64,000 nucleotides of DNA from assembly GCA_964611205.1 (NCBI GenBank), contig CAZSZB010000002.1, positions 74,609 to 138,608 on the forward strand, given 5' to 3'. Under the pieces are notes generated by a model. The model saw only the letters and a list, made by a program, of their open reading frames with translations, was not told the DNA's origin and made no database searches. Position 1 is the first letter of the stretch; each line of letters starts with the position of its first letter. The position numbers were made by a program, and so were the translations under genes. This document shows positions 36,880 through 48,200 of this stretch, piece by piece. This DNA is from an uncultured Candidatus Saccharibacteria bacterium. Lineage in GTDB: Bacteria; Patescibacteriota; Minisyncoccia; Phycocordibacterales; UBA918.

Positions 36880-39354
36880 TTAGAAGGTAACAATTGAAGC
36901 TATCGAATCACCAGGTCTCATCTTCATTACTTTTACTCCCTGAGTATCGCGACCTAAACTCGGCACGTCTTTCAAAGGAAGTTTGATTACTTGCCCCTTC
37001 TTACTCATTACTACTAACTCTCCCTCTTTTTTGTCTTCACTGCTGAGAGCAGAAGCTCCTACCACCTTACCTGTTTTGCTAGTGACTTTGGCAGTCTTGA
37101 TACCACTACCAGATCTGGATTGTACCTTGTAGTCTTTCACTGAAGTGGTTTTTCCGTATCCGTTTTCCATTACCACAAGGATTTCTCTATCTTTTTCTCC
37201 TTCTTTTAATAATTCAGCTGAAACTATACTGTCACCAGCTTTCAATTTCATACCAGAGACTCCAGCGGCCGTACGTCCCATCTGACGAACATCAGACTCT
37301 TTAAAGCGAATCGCTTGACCATTACTGGTTATCAGCATCACCTCATCACCAGCACCGACAAACATCGCTCCTACTAACCTGTCCTCTTCCTTAAGATTTA
37401 TACCTATTAGACCACTACGTCTCACATCTTTAAAGGCTGAGGCATCTGATTTCTTGACCACTCCACCTCGAGTTACCATCAATAGACTCCATTCCCCTTC
37501 CCAATCCTCTTTGCGCACTGGTAAGACTGAAGTGACGTTTTCATCAGAGGTAAGAGACAAGAAATTCATAATTGATTTCCCTTTCGTAGCTCTTCGTCCT
37601 TCAGGAATGTCATACATACGACACTGATAGACTCTACCTTTATCTGTAAAGAATAGGAGATCACTGTGAGTTGAAGTAGTTACTAGCTTAGTTACCACAT
37701 CTTCTTCTTTTGTATTTAAATCTACTACTCCTACCCCTCCACGTTTTTGGGTCTTGTATTCAGCTGGGTTGGTACGCTTAACATAGCCACCTCGAGTTAA
37801 GACCAAAACACTTTCCTCGTCAGCGATTAGATCTTCAGGGCTGATATTCTTAACTCCTCCTTTTACTATCTTAGTTCGACGTTCATCGCCAAATCTAGCT
37901 GAAGCGTCAGCCAATTCTTCTTTAATGATACCGAGCATCTTCGTCTTACTTTTTAGAATACTCTCTAGTTCTTTGATTAGAGCCTGTACTTCTTTCAGCT
38001 CATCCTCAATTTTCTTACGCTCCAGTCCAGCCAGCTTCTGCAAACGCATATCAAGAATAGCCTGAGCTTGAACTGTCGAGAACTTAAATTCTTTCATCAA
38101 AGCAGCGTGGGCAGTTGGCACATCTTTAGCTGCTCTTATCAGCTTGATTATCTTATCGATATGATCAAGAGCTTTTTTAAGACCTAAAAGAATATGTTCT
38201 CGGTCCTTGGCTTTATTAAGGTCGTATTGAGTTCGGCGTCTAATTACTTCAACCCGGTGTTTGATATATTCTTGCAGAATGACCTTCAGTGACAAAGTCT
38301 GCGGGACACCGTCCACCAACGCAACCATATTGTAATGAAAAGCATCCTCCAACTGGGTGTGTTTGTAAAGCTTATTTAAAACTGTTTGCGGGTTAGCTCC
38401 ACTCTTAAGATCAATAACTACTCTAATATCAGAGGTAGATTCGTCACGCATTTCTTTAATGCCTTCGATTTTCTTATCTCTTACTAAGTTGGCAATCTTT
38501 TCTTGCATATCCGCCTTGTTCACTCGGAAAGGAATCGAGGTAATCAATATTGAATAATTACCTTTTTTATCTTCAACTATTTCTGCCTCACCACGACAAA
38601 CTACTCCTCCTTTACCGTTGGCATAAGCATGAGTTATAGCTTTTTTATCAAAAGCAATACCGCCCATCGGGAAGTCTGGACCCTGGATAAACTTAAGCAA
38701 ATCATCAGTAGAAGCTTCTGGATTATCAATTAAGTGTGTTACAGCATCTACCACCTCTCTAAGATTATGAGGAGGAATGTTGGTTGCCATACCGACAGCA
38801 ATACCGAGTGTTCCCAGCAAGAGCAAGTTCGGTAAGCCAGCCGGCAAAACTTCTGGTTCTTTCTTAGTTCCATCAAAGTTAGGACGCCAATTTACAGTAT
38901 CTTTCTCTAGGTCACGAAGCATTTCTTCAGCCACCTTAGACATCTTGGCCTCAGTATAACGATAGGCAGCAGCCGAGTCTCCATCAATAGAACCAAAGTT
39001 TCCCTGTCCTAAAACTAGCGGGTAACGAGTAGAGAAAACCTGCGCCAGTTTAACCATTGATTCGTACACAGCAGAGTCACCATGAGGGTGAAAACTACCA
39101 AGTACATCTCCCACTACCGTCGCTGATTTTCTAAATTTAGCAGTTGAAGTCAGACCATTAAGACGCATCGAATAAAGAATTCGACGGTGAACAGGCTTCA
39201 AACCATCCCGAACATCAGGAAGAGCTCGAGAGGTGATTACGCTCATAGCATAATCTAAATAAGCAGTGCGCATCTCATCAGTAATATTTTGAGCAACAAT
39301 ACCGCGAGCGCGTTCAGGTTGTTTTGATTCAGGTTCAGTTCGCTTTTTCGGCAT
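36880..39354 (-). CDS. gyrA: DNA gyrase subunit A
   Basis: [29 protein letters not shown], GyrA-box QKRGGVG, beta-pinwheel repeats. Confidence 0.97.
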   Translation of the reverse strand: MPKKRTEPESKQPERARGIVAQNITDEMRTAYLDYAMSVITSRALPDVRDGLKPVHRRILYSMRLNGLTSTAKFRKSATVVGDVLGSFHPHGDSAVYESMVKLAQVFSTRYPLVLGQGNFGSIDGDSAAAYRYTEAKMSKVAEEMLRDLEKDTVNWRPNFDGTKKEPEVLPAGLPNLLLLGTLGIAVGMATNIPPHNLREVVDAVTHLIDNPEASTDDLLKFIQGPDFPMGGIAFDKKAITHAYANGKGGVVCRGEAEIVEDKKGNYSILITSIPFRVNKADMQEKIANLVRDKKIEGIKEMRDESTSDIRVVIDLKSGANPQTVLNKLYKHTQLEDAFHYNMVALVDGVPQTLSLKVILQEYIKHRVEVIRRRTQYDLNKAKDREHILLGLKKALDHIDKIIKLIRAAKDVPTAHAALMKEFKFSTVQAQAILDMRLQKLAGLERKKIEDELKEVQALIKELESILKSKTKMLGIIKEELADASARFGDERRTKIVKGGVKNISPEDLIADEESVLVLTRGGYVKRTNPAEYKTQKRGGVGVVDLNTKEEDVVTKLVTTSTHSDLLFFTDKGRVYQCRMYDIPEGRRATKGKSIMNFLSLTSDENVTSVLPVRKEDWEGEWSLLMVTRGGVVKKSDASAFKDVRRSGLIGINLKEEDRLVGAMFVGAGDEVMLITSNGQAIRFKESDVRQMGRTAAGVSGMKLKAGDSIVSAELLKEGEKDREILVVMENGYGKTTSVKDYKVQSRSGSGIKTAKVTSKTGKVVGASALSSEDKKEGELVVMSKKGQVIKLPLKDVPSLGRDTQGVKVMKMRPGDSIASIVTF

Positions 39355-39387
39355 AAAAATTACGTAATCTTAGTCAATATAGTGGGG

Positions 39388-39855
39388 CTATTGTACCACA
39401 TTGTCTGACTTCTTGTTACTTGAAGTAGCTATTAATATTTGTCGTGCTTCAGTCGTTGTGGCAGGCTTTTCTTCTGATTTATTATCAAGATTCTCATTAT
39501 TTTCCTCAGAAGAAGTAGCGAACATCATTTTTACAATATCATTCCTCTCAGCAGCTTCCTTTTCTTTGGCTTTTTCGGCGCCAGCGTCGTCTGTAGTTCC
39601 TGGATTAGACAGAGCTCTCTCAAGCCCTTTAGATATGTTAGCAAATTGACCTTTTATATCAGACATTGCTCGAACAAAACCACCTGGCACTTTAGTATTT
39701 GTAGCACTAGTGTTTGATAATTCAGAAAAACGAGCCGGCATCGATATCACCCAAATAGAAGTCACTAATGATGTGACCAAAACTGCCCCCACTAGGGCGT
39801 ATCGATTTCGTACATTTCTAGGTTTCTGTCTAAGTTTTTCTAACTTTTTAAACAT
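39388..39855 (-). CDS. Hypothetical membrane-anchored protein
   Basis: LEKLRQKP..VR N-terminus, single TM, low-complexity tail. Confidence 0.7.
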   Translation of the reverse strand: MFKKLEKLRQKPRNVRNRYALVGAVLVTSLVTSIWVISMPARFSELSNTSATNTKVPGGFVRAMSDIKGQFANISKGLERALSNPGTTDDAGAEKAKEKEAAERNDIVKMMFATSSEENNENLDNKSEEKPATTTEARQILIATSSNKKSDNVVQ

Positions 39856-39914
39856 AATTTTAAAGACAAATTATGAACCAACTCCTGCCAGTCCACCAGC
39901 CACACCAAAAAACA

Positions 39915-40538
39915 CTATTTAGAATTCAAGACAATGATCTCGCCAGTCATCATCTCCACTTCTTTTTTCTTAATGGTGAGCTTATCGATTGGTTTAATGT
40001 CGGATTCCCCTTCTTCTTTGACGAAAGCAGATAATGCATTTTTATCATAATGCATTGGTATGACACATTTAGCTTCCAATTTAACAGCTAATTTAGAAGC
40101 CTGAGGGACCTCCATCACATCGCCGCCACCGATTGGTAAGAACAAGATATCAATATCTCCTAACTCAGACAGAATTTTCGAGTCAATCTCTGGGTCACTT
40201 AAAGCTCCTAGGAAAATCATATTGATACCCTCTAATTGAACCTGGTAGATAGTAACGAAACGCTCTTTTTTATCATAAATTGTTTTTATCCCATAACCTC
40301 GAGCCGTTACGTCTCCCACTTCGTATTCACCAGGACCATCGATTACAAAAGGTTGTTTATTACCATGACTGACTTGTTCAGAACCATTAAAATCAGGATG
40401 GTGCATCGAAATAAAGGCAATGTCAGATCCAAATTTAGCTGGTGATAATGATGATTTTTTTGAAATTGGGTCAAACGCCAACGTAGTGTCACCAAAAGAC
40501 ACTTTAAAACACTGACCGCCGTGATATGTGATAACCAT
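39915..40538 (-). CDS. Metallo-beta-lactamase fold hydrolase
   Basis: MVITYHGGQCF, DP, SMHHPDF (degenerate), GPGEYE, IPMHY; ATG 40538 preferred. Confidence 0.85.
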   Translation of the reverse strand: MVITYHGGQCFKVSFGDTTLAFDPISKKSSLSPAKFGSDIAFISMHHPDFNGSEQVSHGNKQPFVIDGPGEYEVGDVTARGYGIKTIYDKKERFVTIYQVQLEGINMIFLGALSDPEIDSKILSELGDIDILFLPIGGGDVMEVPQASKLAVKLEAKCVIPMHYDKNALSAFVKEEGESDIKPIDKLTIKKKEVEMMTGEIIVLNSK

Positions 40539-40647
40539 AATCCGAGCATTATACAGCAAGAAAAGATGAAGAGCGAGGATACAGATATTCAATTACATCT
40601 ACTCTGACTAAGAAGATGGCCGGGGAGATTTTAAATGTATTTAAGTA

Positions 40648-40823
40648 TTGCAAAATCTCACTGACAAGGTATAGTAGCGACACTCTTTTGGAGTTTATAA
40701 GTTTCTAGCGGCACACGTTTAACCCCGTATTCACGAACAAAGGCACGTTTAAAAATTCCAATTTTTAGACTTTGCGCAAAGGTTATACGGACGCGTGTCG
40801 TCGGATTAAATATATACAAATAT
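40648..40823 (+). promoter_or_regulatory. rpsA promoter and structured 5' leader
   Basis: TTGCAA-16-TATAGT; stems ggcacacgt/acgcgtgtc, ccgtat/atacgg, taacc/ggtta. Confidence 0.55.
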
Positions 40824-41948
40824 ATGGTAGAAGATACAACAGTAGCCGCTACGGCTGCTGAGAATAAGGGTGTTATGCAGTCTTTACTAGTTGACAGCCC
40901 TACCCCACCACAATTGGGTGAATTAGTAGAAGGAACCGTTTCAGCCGTTGGTCGAGCTCGAGTCTTTATTGACCTGCCACCATTTGGTACTGGTATTATT
41001 TATGGTCGTGAGTATATGAATGCTCGCGATATTCTACGTAAAGTAGCAATGGGAGACACTATCGCCGCTAAGGTAGTCGACACCGGTAACGAAGACGGTT
41101 ATATAGAACTTTCACTTAAAGAAGCTCGTCAAGCTTTAATCTGGTCAGACGCAGAATTAGCTGTTAAGGAAGGCAAGACTTTCTCTCTAGCAGTAAAAGC
41201 AGCTAACAAAGGTGGTTTGATTATGGAGTGGCAAGGTATTCAAGGATTCCTACCTGCTTCACAATTATCTACCGAAAATTATCCTCGCGTAGCGGATGGT
41301 GATAAGGATAAGATCCTAACTGCCCTAAACGATCTAGTCGATACGCACCTCAGTGTGGTGATGATTACAGCTGATCAAAAAGAAGGTAAGTTAATCTTCT
41401 CAGAAAAGGGACCGCAAGAAAAAGAAGTCAAAGAAGAGAAAGTAGGTAAATACCAGGTTGGAGATGTTCTATCTGGTGAAGTTACCGGTGCAGTTGACTT
41501 TGGTGTCTTTGTAAAAATTGAAGACGGACTCGAAGGATTGGTCCACATTTCTGAACTTGACTGGGGTCTAGTGGAAGACACACGTAGTATGTTCAAAGTT
41601 GGACAGAAAGTAGAAGTTAAAGTTATTGAAGTGAAAGACGACAAAATTTCTCTCTCTATAAAACAATTGCGCGAAAACCCTTGGGTAGTTGCTGCTAACA
41701 AATATAAGAAAGGAGAACAAGTAGACGGTGTAGTGATTAAGTACAACAAACATGGTGCCTTGGCTTCTATTGAAGAAGGAGTAGCTGGTTTGGTACACAT
41801 CTCTGAATTTGAGAATGAAGACGCTCTTAAAACCGAACTCCCACTTGGTAGTGTACATAAATTCACTATTTCATTATTTGAACCAGGTGATCAAAAAATG
41901 ACTTTGAGTTTCAAAAGTGAAGCTAAGGAAGAGAAAAAGCCTGAATAA
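40824..41948 (+). CDS. rpsA: 30S ribosomal protein S1 (4 S1 domains)
   Basis: Repeated S1 motifs (GFLPASQL, FGVFV..GLEGLVHISEL, GLVHISEF). Confidence 0.93.
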   Translation: MVEDTTVAATAAENKGVMQSLLVDSPTPPQLGELVEGTVSAVGRARVFIDLPPFGTGIIYGREYMNARDILRKVAMGDTIAAKVVDTGNEDGYIELSLKEARQALIWSDAELAVKEGKTFSLAVKAANKGGLIMEWQGIQGFLPASQLSTENYPRVADGDKDKILTALNDLVDTHLSVVMITADQKEGKLIFSEKGPQEKEVKEEKVGKYQVGDVLSGEVTGAVDFGVFVKIEDGLEGLVHISELDWGLVEDTRSMFKVGQKVEVKVIEVKDDKISLSIKQLRENPWVVAANKYKKGEQVDGVVIKYNKHGALASIEEGVAGLVHISEFENEDALKTELPLGSVHKFTISLFEPGDQKMTLSFKSEAKEEKKPE

Positions 41949-41983
41949 TAGACCGACGATTGTGTAACTGATTACACACTCAA

Positions 41984-42024
41984 AGACAAAATGGCCGGGA
42001 GCTTTGCTCCCGGCCATTTTGTCT
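41984..42024. terminator. Bidirectional terminator rpsA/pth
   Basis: agacaaaatggccgggagc-ttt-gctcccggccattttgtct. Confidence 0.85.
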
Positions 42025-42037
42025 CCCCTACAGAAAG

Positions 42038-42622
42038 TTAGTTAAACTGACTCATCGTCTTTTCTACACCATTCTCTACAATACTTACTATTACATTATT
42101 TATAATGCTGCCGACATTCTCTAATTCCATCTGTTCTCGCTTTTTGAAATCACCTAACACATATTTGGCCAGTCGTTCGCCTTTAGGTCGCCTGGTCTGA
42201 CCCGTCCAAATTGAACGCGGTGAAATACCGACTCGTATTCTGATAAAATCCTTACTTCCGAGAGCGTCGATTATAGATTTGATACCATTGTGTCCGCCAT
42301 CACCTTTCCCTACTGATATCTTGAATTCGCCTAAAGACAAATCTACATCATCATAAATTACAATTAATTTACCTATGTCATCTTTGGCTAAGAATTTTTT
42401 CACGGCCTGTCCGGAATGGTTCATGAAAGTGTCCGGTTTAAGTAAAAAAATCTCCTCATCTTTTATTATGCCGCTACTTATTTCTCCACTATATTTACTC
42501 GATGTGACAAAATCGGGTAGACGCATAATCTGAACCAAAAAATCCAAAATAATGAAACCGATGTTATGTCTGGTGTTAGCGTATTTCTCACCAGGGTTGC
42601 CTAAACCTACTATATAAAACAT
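42038..42622 (-). CDS. pth: Peptidyl-tRNA hydrolase
   Basis: IVGLGNPG, TRHNIG, KPDTFMN.SG, GGHNG. Confidence 0.96.
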   Translation of the reverse strand: MFYIVGLGNPGEKYANTRHNIGFIILDFLVQIMRLPDFVTSSKYSGEISSGIIKDEEIFLLKPDTFMNHSGQAVKKFLAKDDIGKLIVIYDDVDLSLGEFKISVGKGDGGHNGIKSIIDALGSKDFIRIRVGISPRSIWTGQTRRPKGERLAKYVLGDFKKREQMELENVGSIINNVIVSIVENGVEKTMSQFN

Positions 42623-42748
42623 TATCGCTAGTATAACAGAACATTGTTTTAAAAATATTTTGCTATATTTTTTTGCTTAATTTGTTTTGCCTCGTGATTT
42701 CATTTATAATGTGTCTCAAGACACATTATTTCTATTTTTATAACCAGT

Positions 42749-43363
42749 ATGAGTTCTTTAGAAGTTAAAAAAACAATTGAAAACGAAGACCAGATGGAGC
42801 CTTCTGTAAAGAACAAGAGTTTTGTTCTGGAGCTATCACAATTCATTATTCTAGCCATCTTGATAGTAGCTCCCATCAGAATGTTCGTAGCTCAACCATT
42901 CTTAGTCTCTGGTGCTTCTATGGAAAACACCTTTGATAATGGTGATTATCTGATAATAGACCAACTCACTTATCACTTTAATGACCCTAAGCGCGGTGAT
43001 GTCATTATTTTCCGCTACCCTAAAGACCCTTCCAAGTTCTTCATTAAACGCATTATAGGCATACCTGGAGACACTATCAATATCGAAGATAATGTAGTCA
43101 CACTAACCACAAGCACCGGAGCAAGTCAGATTCTAGACGAACCTTATGTCAAAGCCATGAACAATAATAATCACTACAATGTAACTCTCGACGAAGGCAA
43201 TTATTTTGTGATGGGAGACAATCGTGACCGTAGCTCAGATTCCAGAGTTTGGGGAGTCTTAGATAGAGAGAACATTATCGGTCGCACATTTTTACGACTC
43301 TTCCCTTTTGACCACATCTCTACCTTCCCCGGATCAGCACACATAAACTTATCAGATTCATAA
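42749..43363 (+). CDS. lepB: Signal peptidase I
   Basis: SGASMENT, FIKRIIG.PGD, MGDNRDRSSDSR. Confidence 0.95.
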   Translation: MSSLEVKKTIENEDQMEPSVKNKSFVLELSQFIILAILIVAPIRMFVAQPFLVSGASMENTFDNGDYLIIDQLTYHFNDPKRGDVIIFRYPKDPSKFFIKRIIGIPGDTINIEDNVVTLTTSTGASQILDEPYVKAMNNNNHYNVTLDEGNYFVMGDNRDRSSDSRVWGVLDRENIIGRTFLRLFPFDHISTFPGSAHINLSDS

Positions 43364-43376
43364 AATACATCAGTCT

Positions 43377-44561
43377 ATGGAAATCACCCCAACAACATTC
43401 ATAAAACAAGCCATCAGTACCGCTGAGTATTTCGGTTTTTCAAATCTAGATGTAATCAAGAAACATCCTAGTTGTAAAAATTGCACCACAAAATTAGAAA
43501 ACACCGCCTCTGCTATGGATAGACGAATTGATAATCTCAACGGTCTTTTGACGACTGGTATAAATAATTTTTGCGACAACAAACTAAACGCTATCGAAGA
43601 ACCAGTCTTATTCTATACAATCGAGCAAGTACCACGCTCTGGCGAAGCAGCAATAAGCTTCCAAATCTATAATGTCAATAACAGCATTGCTGAATCTATT
43701 TTAATCCAGACTACTAAATCACTAAGTAATGATTTAGGTTACCAAAACCATTCAGTGCGAATTAACTCTCTTGGCGATAGAGACTCTTCAACTCGCTTTG
43801 TCCGAGAACTATCCAATTATCTAAGAAAGCGCGTTAATGATTTACCGGAATCAGCTCGTGAAATAATGAAAGAAGATACTGTTAATGCATTATTTAATCT
43901 TTTGGACCAAAAACACGAATTGGCTTATAAATCTCCGAACCCTCTAGAATATCTGACCGACCAGTCTCGTAAACACTTCCGGGAAATCATCGAATTTTTA
44001 GATATGTCTGAAACTTCTTATGAGATAGATTCAAAATTAATGGGTCACAACAATTGTTATTCGGAGGCAATGTTTGCTATCGATTTATTAGACAATAAAA
44101 CTGGTGAACACATTAAAGACTCTCCTATTACCATCTCCGGAGGTCGCTATAATGAATTTGTCCATCGTAATACAAAGCAACCAATTCCGGCTGCCGGAGC
44201 TGTAGTAGTGCTACAAAAACAAAAAGCTCCTACTCGCCTACCACGAATCAAACTCTCTACCCCTTCCGTTTATGTAGTACAGCTTGGATTAGGACCTAAG
44301 ATGAGAAGCTTGATATTGATTGATCAGCTTAAACAAGCAGGAATTAATGTTTATCAGGATTTGGCCAGTGACTCTCTTTCTACCCAGTTACGTGATGCTG
44401 AAAATAAAGGTGTACCTTACGCCATAATCATTGGCCAAAAGGAATTCGTAGAAGGAGGAGTGATATTGCGTGATATGGTAGCTCGCAACCAAGAACAGGT
44501 ATCTTTCGCCAATGTCATAACTCGACTTAAACGCTCCAAAAAAGTACCCTCAACAAACTAA
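43377..44561 (+). CDS. Degenerate histidyl-tRNA synthetase-like protein with HGTP anticodon-binding domain
   Basis: INSLGD, GGRYN, PAAG, QLRDAENKGVPYAIIIGQKE; catalytic motif 2 and RGLDYY not recognisable. Confidence 0.75.
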   Translation: MEITPTTFIKQAISTAEYFGFSNLDVIKKHPSCKNCTTKLENTASAMDRRIDNLNGLLTTGINNFCDNKLNAIEEPVLFYTIEQVPRSGEAAISFQIYNVNNSIAESILIQTTKSLSNDLGYQNHSVRINSLGDRDSSTRFVRELSNYLRKRVNDLPESAREIMKEDTVNALFNLLDQKHELAYKSPNPLEYLTDQSRKHFREIIEFLDMSETSYEIDSKLMGHNNCYSEAMFAIDLLDNKTGEHIKDSPITISGGRYNEFVHRNTKQPIPAAGAVVVLQKQKAPTRLPRIKLSTPSVYVVQLGLGPKMRSLILIDQLKQAGINVYQDLASDSLSTQLRDAENKGVPYAIIIGQKEFVEGGVILRDMVARNQEQVSFANVITRLKRSKKVPSTN

Positions 44562-44619
44562 TCTTTGCCTTTATCGCACTTGCTTCTCAAGAGTATAAAT
44601 GCTATATTTTTGCCCACAT

Positions 44620-44865
44620 ATGGCAATAAACGTCCGAGTAGAAAAAAATAACAACGAAAGTAGCGCTAACGTAATTAGACGCTTTACCAAACGAGTCCAA
44701 CATTCTGGAATTATTCCTAGAATGCGCAAGAATCGCTATTTCGCCCGTGTTAAGAGTGAAAACGTACGAAGAGAAGCACGTCTTAAGAAACTAGACCGCA
44801 AAGTTGAGTACGAGAAACAACTTAAACTAGGGAAAATACAAGAACGAGTTGGTACACGGCGCTAA
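44620..44865 (+). CDS. rpsU: 30S ribosomal protein S21
   Basis: V.VEK..NES....IRRF.KRVQ.SG, basic small protein; ATG 44620 preferred. Confidence 0.8.
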   Translation: MAINVRVEKNNNESSANVIRRFTKRVQHSGIIPRMRKNRYFARVKSENVRREARLKKLDRKVEYEKQLKLGKIQERVGTRR

Positions 44866-44981
44866 ACTAAAAGAAAAAACAAAAGCTTGCCTAACCAGCA
44901 AGTTTTTTGTTTTTTATTAATAGACAGATAATAATAAAACTGCAGCCTCTAACTTCTAGCCAGTGTTATACTTACATAATC

Positions 44982-45362
44982 ATGAGTAACTTCTTCATAT
45001 CAAGTACCGTCCGTCATTACCCGAAACTTTCTTATGAAAAAATTAAGACAGACATATTAGGTTCTGATTACAATTTATCCTTAACCTTTGTCGGGAGCCA
45101 AAGAGCAAAAACTCTCAATCAAAAATACCGCAAAGCTAGCTATGTACCGAACGTTCTGTCTTTTCCTCTTGATGAAAAACATGGCGAAATATTTATAACT
45201 CCCACTGTTGCCTCTAGTGAAGCAAAAAAATTTTCTATGACCAAAGATGGTTATATTGGTTTTTTGTTTATCCACGGTTGCTTACACCTAAAAGGTCATG
45301 GTCATGGTGTTACAATGGAGGAAGCGGAAGCAAAATATTGTAAGAAATACGGATTAAAATAG
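44982..45362 (+). CDS. ybeY: rRNA maturation endoribonuclease YbeY
   Basis: LN.KYR, NVLSFP, GEIFI, HGCLHLKG.GH; ATG 44982 preferred. Confidence 0.92.
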   Translation: MSNFFISSTVRHYPKLSYEKIKTDILGSDYNLSLTFVGSQRAKTLNQKYRKASYVPNVLSFPLDEKHGEIFITPTVASSEAKKFSMTKDGYIGFLFIHGCLHLKGHGHGVTMEEAEAKYCKKYGLK

Positions 45363-45432
45363 CACATAAGAAATAATGTTTCTTATGTGTATATGAATAA
45401 GATAATGTTTTTGCAAAACAAAGATTTATATT

Positions 45433-46608
45433 ATGTCTGAAAGAATAATCACTGGAATAGATGTCGGTACCTACCAAGTAAAGGTGGTTATTGTTCGTGT
45501 CCAAAAAACCAAAGGGGGTAATTCTCCTCTCCCCCAAATAATTGGTACTGGTTATGCCGAGAGTCGTGGTTTAAGAAACGGTTATATCATAAATGAAACT
45601 GATGTGGTCCGTAGTGTTCGTAGTGCAGTCGCCCAAGCAGAAAAAGCGGCCGGAGTGGAAATTCGTAAAGCTTACGTCGGGATTGGAGGCATCGGTATAG
45701 ATGAAATTGTCTCACGGGGGGAAATTATTTCTTCGCGCGCTGATTCAGAGATTACTCAGGTGGACGTCGACAAATGTATGCAGGACAGTGAGGAAAGAAT
45801 TGTCGAACATCTACCAAATCGAAAAATCCTACACGCCATTCCTTTGTCATACAAAATCGATGGCGAATTGGTACTGGGCAGACCACATGGTATGCACGGT
45901 ACCAAACTAGAAGTTGAAACTCTTTTCATAAGTACTTTTGAAAGACATTTAGATGACCTGATTAATGCCATTGAAACAACTGGCATAGTGGTTGAAGACG
46001 TGATGGCTTCCCCGCTGGCGGCTAGCTTTGTGATGTTAAGTAAGGCTCAAAAGCGAGCTGGTTGTGTTCTGGCTAACATCGGAGCTGAAACAGTATCTGT
46101 AGCTGTATTTGAAAATAGCACTCCGATCTCTATCAAAGTCTTCCCTATTGGTTCAAATGACATTACCAACGATATCGCCCTTGGTTTAAAAATAACCCTC
46201 GAGGAAGCCGAAAAAATCAAACGTGGAGGTATGAGTAGTGCGAGTTACTCAAAGAAAAGACTAGACGAGATTATAGCTGCCCGCTTAACAGACATATTCG
46301 AACTGATTGATGCCCATTTAAAGAAAATTAAACGCGACGGTTTACTACCGGCCGGAGTTATCATTACAGGTGGAGGATCGGGAGTAGCCAGTATTCAAGA
46401 CCTAGCTAAGGCTGCTCTAAGACTACCTTCTCGGATTGCCACCTTAGACCCTGGGCAAAATGGTAAGGTGCGTGACGCATCGTGGGCGGTCGCCTACGGA
46501 CTCTGTATGTGGGGAGCAAGTGATAATAAAGATGAAGGGGGCGGAGTTGGACTAGCAAAAAAAACCAAAAACACACTTCTCAATTGGTTCAGCCAATTTT
46601 TACCATAA
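45433..46608 (+). CDS. ftsA: Cell division protein FtsA
   Basis: GIDVGT, ITNDIA.GL, EAEKIK, TGGGS; upstream of ftsZ. Confidence 0.94.
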   Translation: MSERIITGIDVGTYQVKVVIVRVQKTKGGNSPLPQIIGTGYAESRGLRNGYIINETDVVRSVRSAVAQAEKAAGVEIRKAYVGIGGIGIDEIVSRGEIISSRADSEITQVDVDKCMQDSEERIVEHLPNRKILHAIPLSYKIDGELVLGRPHGMHGTKLEVETLFISTFERHLDDLINAIETTGIVVEDVMASPLAASFVMLSKAQKRAGCVLANIGAETVSVAVFENSTPISIKVFPIGSNDITNDIALGLKITLEEAEKIKRGGMSSASYSKKRLDEIIAARLTDIFELIDAHLKKIKRDGLLPAGVIITGGGSGVASIQDLAKAALRLPSRIATLDPGQNGKVRDASWAVAYGLCMWGASDNKDEGGGVGLAKKTKNTLLNWFSQFLP

Positions 46609-46855
46609 AAGGTTACTACTTTTAAAACAAATGACATAGAAGTCAATCACACGAATCATAAATATGTCAATATGGTGACAGGTATAACTAAGACGTGTAT
46701 TATATATTTAATTATTAAGTTCCTTGTCTTGGTTGGAGAGAGTTTGTTAAAATCCATAAATAAAGGATACGAACAAACCTACTGAATGACAAAAGTATAG
46801 TTATTCATTATTCCATTAGAGAGGAGGTGGTGTTAAGAGAGTTTACTATATTATT

Positions 46856-48091
46856 ATGGAACAAATAAAGTCAGACGTGGAGAGTTTTGCTAGGATAAGA
46901 GTGATTGGTATTGGCGGTTCAGGAAACAATGCCGTCAATCACATGATCTCCAATAAGATTAAAGGTGTGGAGTTTATCGCTATCAATAGTGATGCTCAGG
47001 ATTTGCACCACTCTTTAGCTAAGAAAAAAATCCATATTGGTAAAAATTTAACTAGAGGCCTGGGAGCTGGTGGTAATCCTGATATGGGTCGCCGGGCGGC
47101 TGAAGAAACTCGAGAAGAAATTGCAAACTCTCTTAAGGGTACTGACATGATTTTCATCACTGGTGGTATGGGTGGTGGAACTGGTACTGGAGCTGCTCCT
47201 GTGGTGGCTAAAATCGCTCGTGAAAGTGGAGCCCTGACGGTAGGTGTAGTGACCAAGCCTTTCCTATTTGAAGGTCAAGAACGTATGCGTTTGGCTATGC
47301 AAGGAATTGAAGAACTTAAAAAAGAGGTGGATGCTCTGATTACAATCCCTAACGATCGCCTCCTTGCTATCGTCGACAAAGAAACTACCGTTAGAAATGC
47401 CTTTGGTATGTGTGACGACATACTTAAACAAGCTGTGGAAGGTATCTCTGATTTGATCACTATGCCTGGTATTATCAATGTCGACTTTGCTGACATCCGA
47501 AGCGTGATGGAAAATGCTGGATCTGCTCTGATGGGGATTGGTAAAGCAGGTGGTGAAAAGAGAGCTGAAGAAGCTGCTCAAGCTGCTATAAATTCTCCTC
47601 TTCTAGAAGTATCTATTACCGGAGCCAAGGGAGTGTTATTTGCCATAGCTGGTGGGGACGATTTAGGAATGCTTGAAATTCAAGATGCTGCTAGGGTAAT
47701 TACCGAATCAATCGATCCGCACGCTAAAGTTATTTTTGGAGCTATCAAGGATGACAAACTAAAGAAAAATGAAATTAAAGTTACTGTAATCGCCACAGGT
47801 TTCCCTGAAAGTGAATCCGGAGGTCATGCTAATACAGTGGTCAGAACACCAAACATACTTCAGCGCAATGAGGAGGACGACTCCCCTGCCCGTGGACGTA
47901 TTTTTAACTCACTAGGTACACCACGTAAATCTGAAGAAACAGTGGAAAATGATTCTGCAGAGAAACCAAAGGCAAGACCATTTAAATCTGAAATAAAATC
48001 AGAACCTAAACCAGTCGATCCATTAGACGAAGACGATGATGAAGACTGGGGTGCAGTTCCTGCATTTTTACGACGCAGTAAACTTAAATAA
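46856..48091 (+). CDS. ftsZ: Cell division protein FtsZ
   Basis: [25 protein letters not shown]-terminal VPAFLRR. Confidence 0.98.
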   Translation: MEQIKSDVESFARIRVIGIGGSGNNAVNHMISNKIKGVEFIAINSDAQDLHHSLAKKKIHIGKNLTRGLGAGGNPDMGRRAAEETREEIANSLKGTDMIFITGGMGGGTGTGAAPVVAKIARESGALTVGVVTKPFLFEGQERMRLAMQGIEELKKEVDALITIPNDRLLAIVDKETTVRNAFGMCDDILKQAVEGISDLITMPGIINVDFADIRSVMENAGSALMGIGKAGGEKRAEEAAQAAINSPLLEVSITGAKGVLFAIAGGDDLGMLEIQDAARVITESIDPHAKVIFGAIKDDKLKKNEIKVTVIATGFPESESGGHANTVVRTPNILQRNEEDDSPARGRIFNSLGTPRKSEETVENDSAEKPKARPFKSEIKSEPKPVDPLDEDDDEDWGAVPAFLRRSKLK

Positions 48092-48200
48092 GTTTGATTA
48101 GTTGGTCAAAAAGAAACAAAGCTCGCTTATAAGCGAGCTTTTTTTCTTTCTATGTTAAAATGTTCCAGTCTTAAATTTATTGATAAAAGTTAATTTTACT

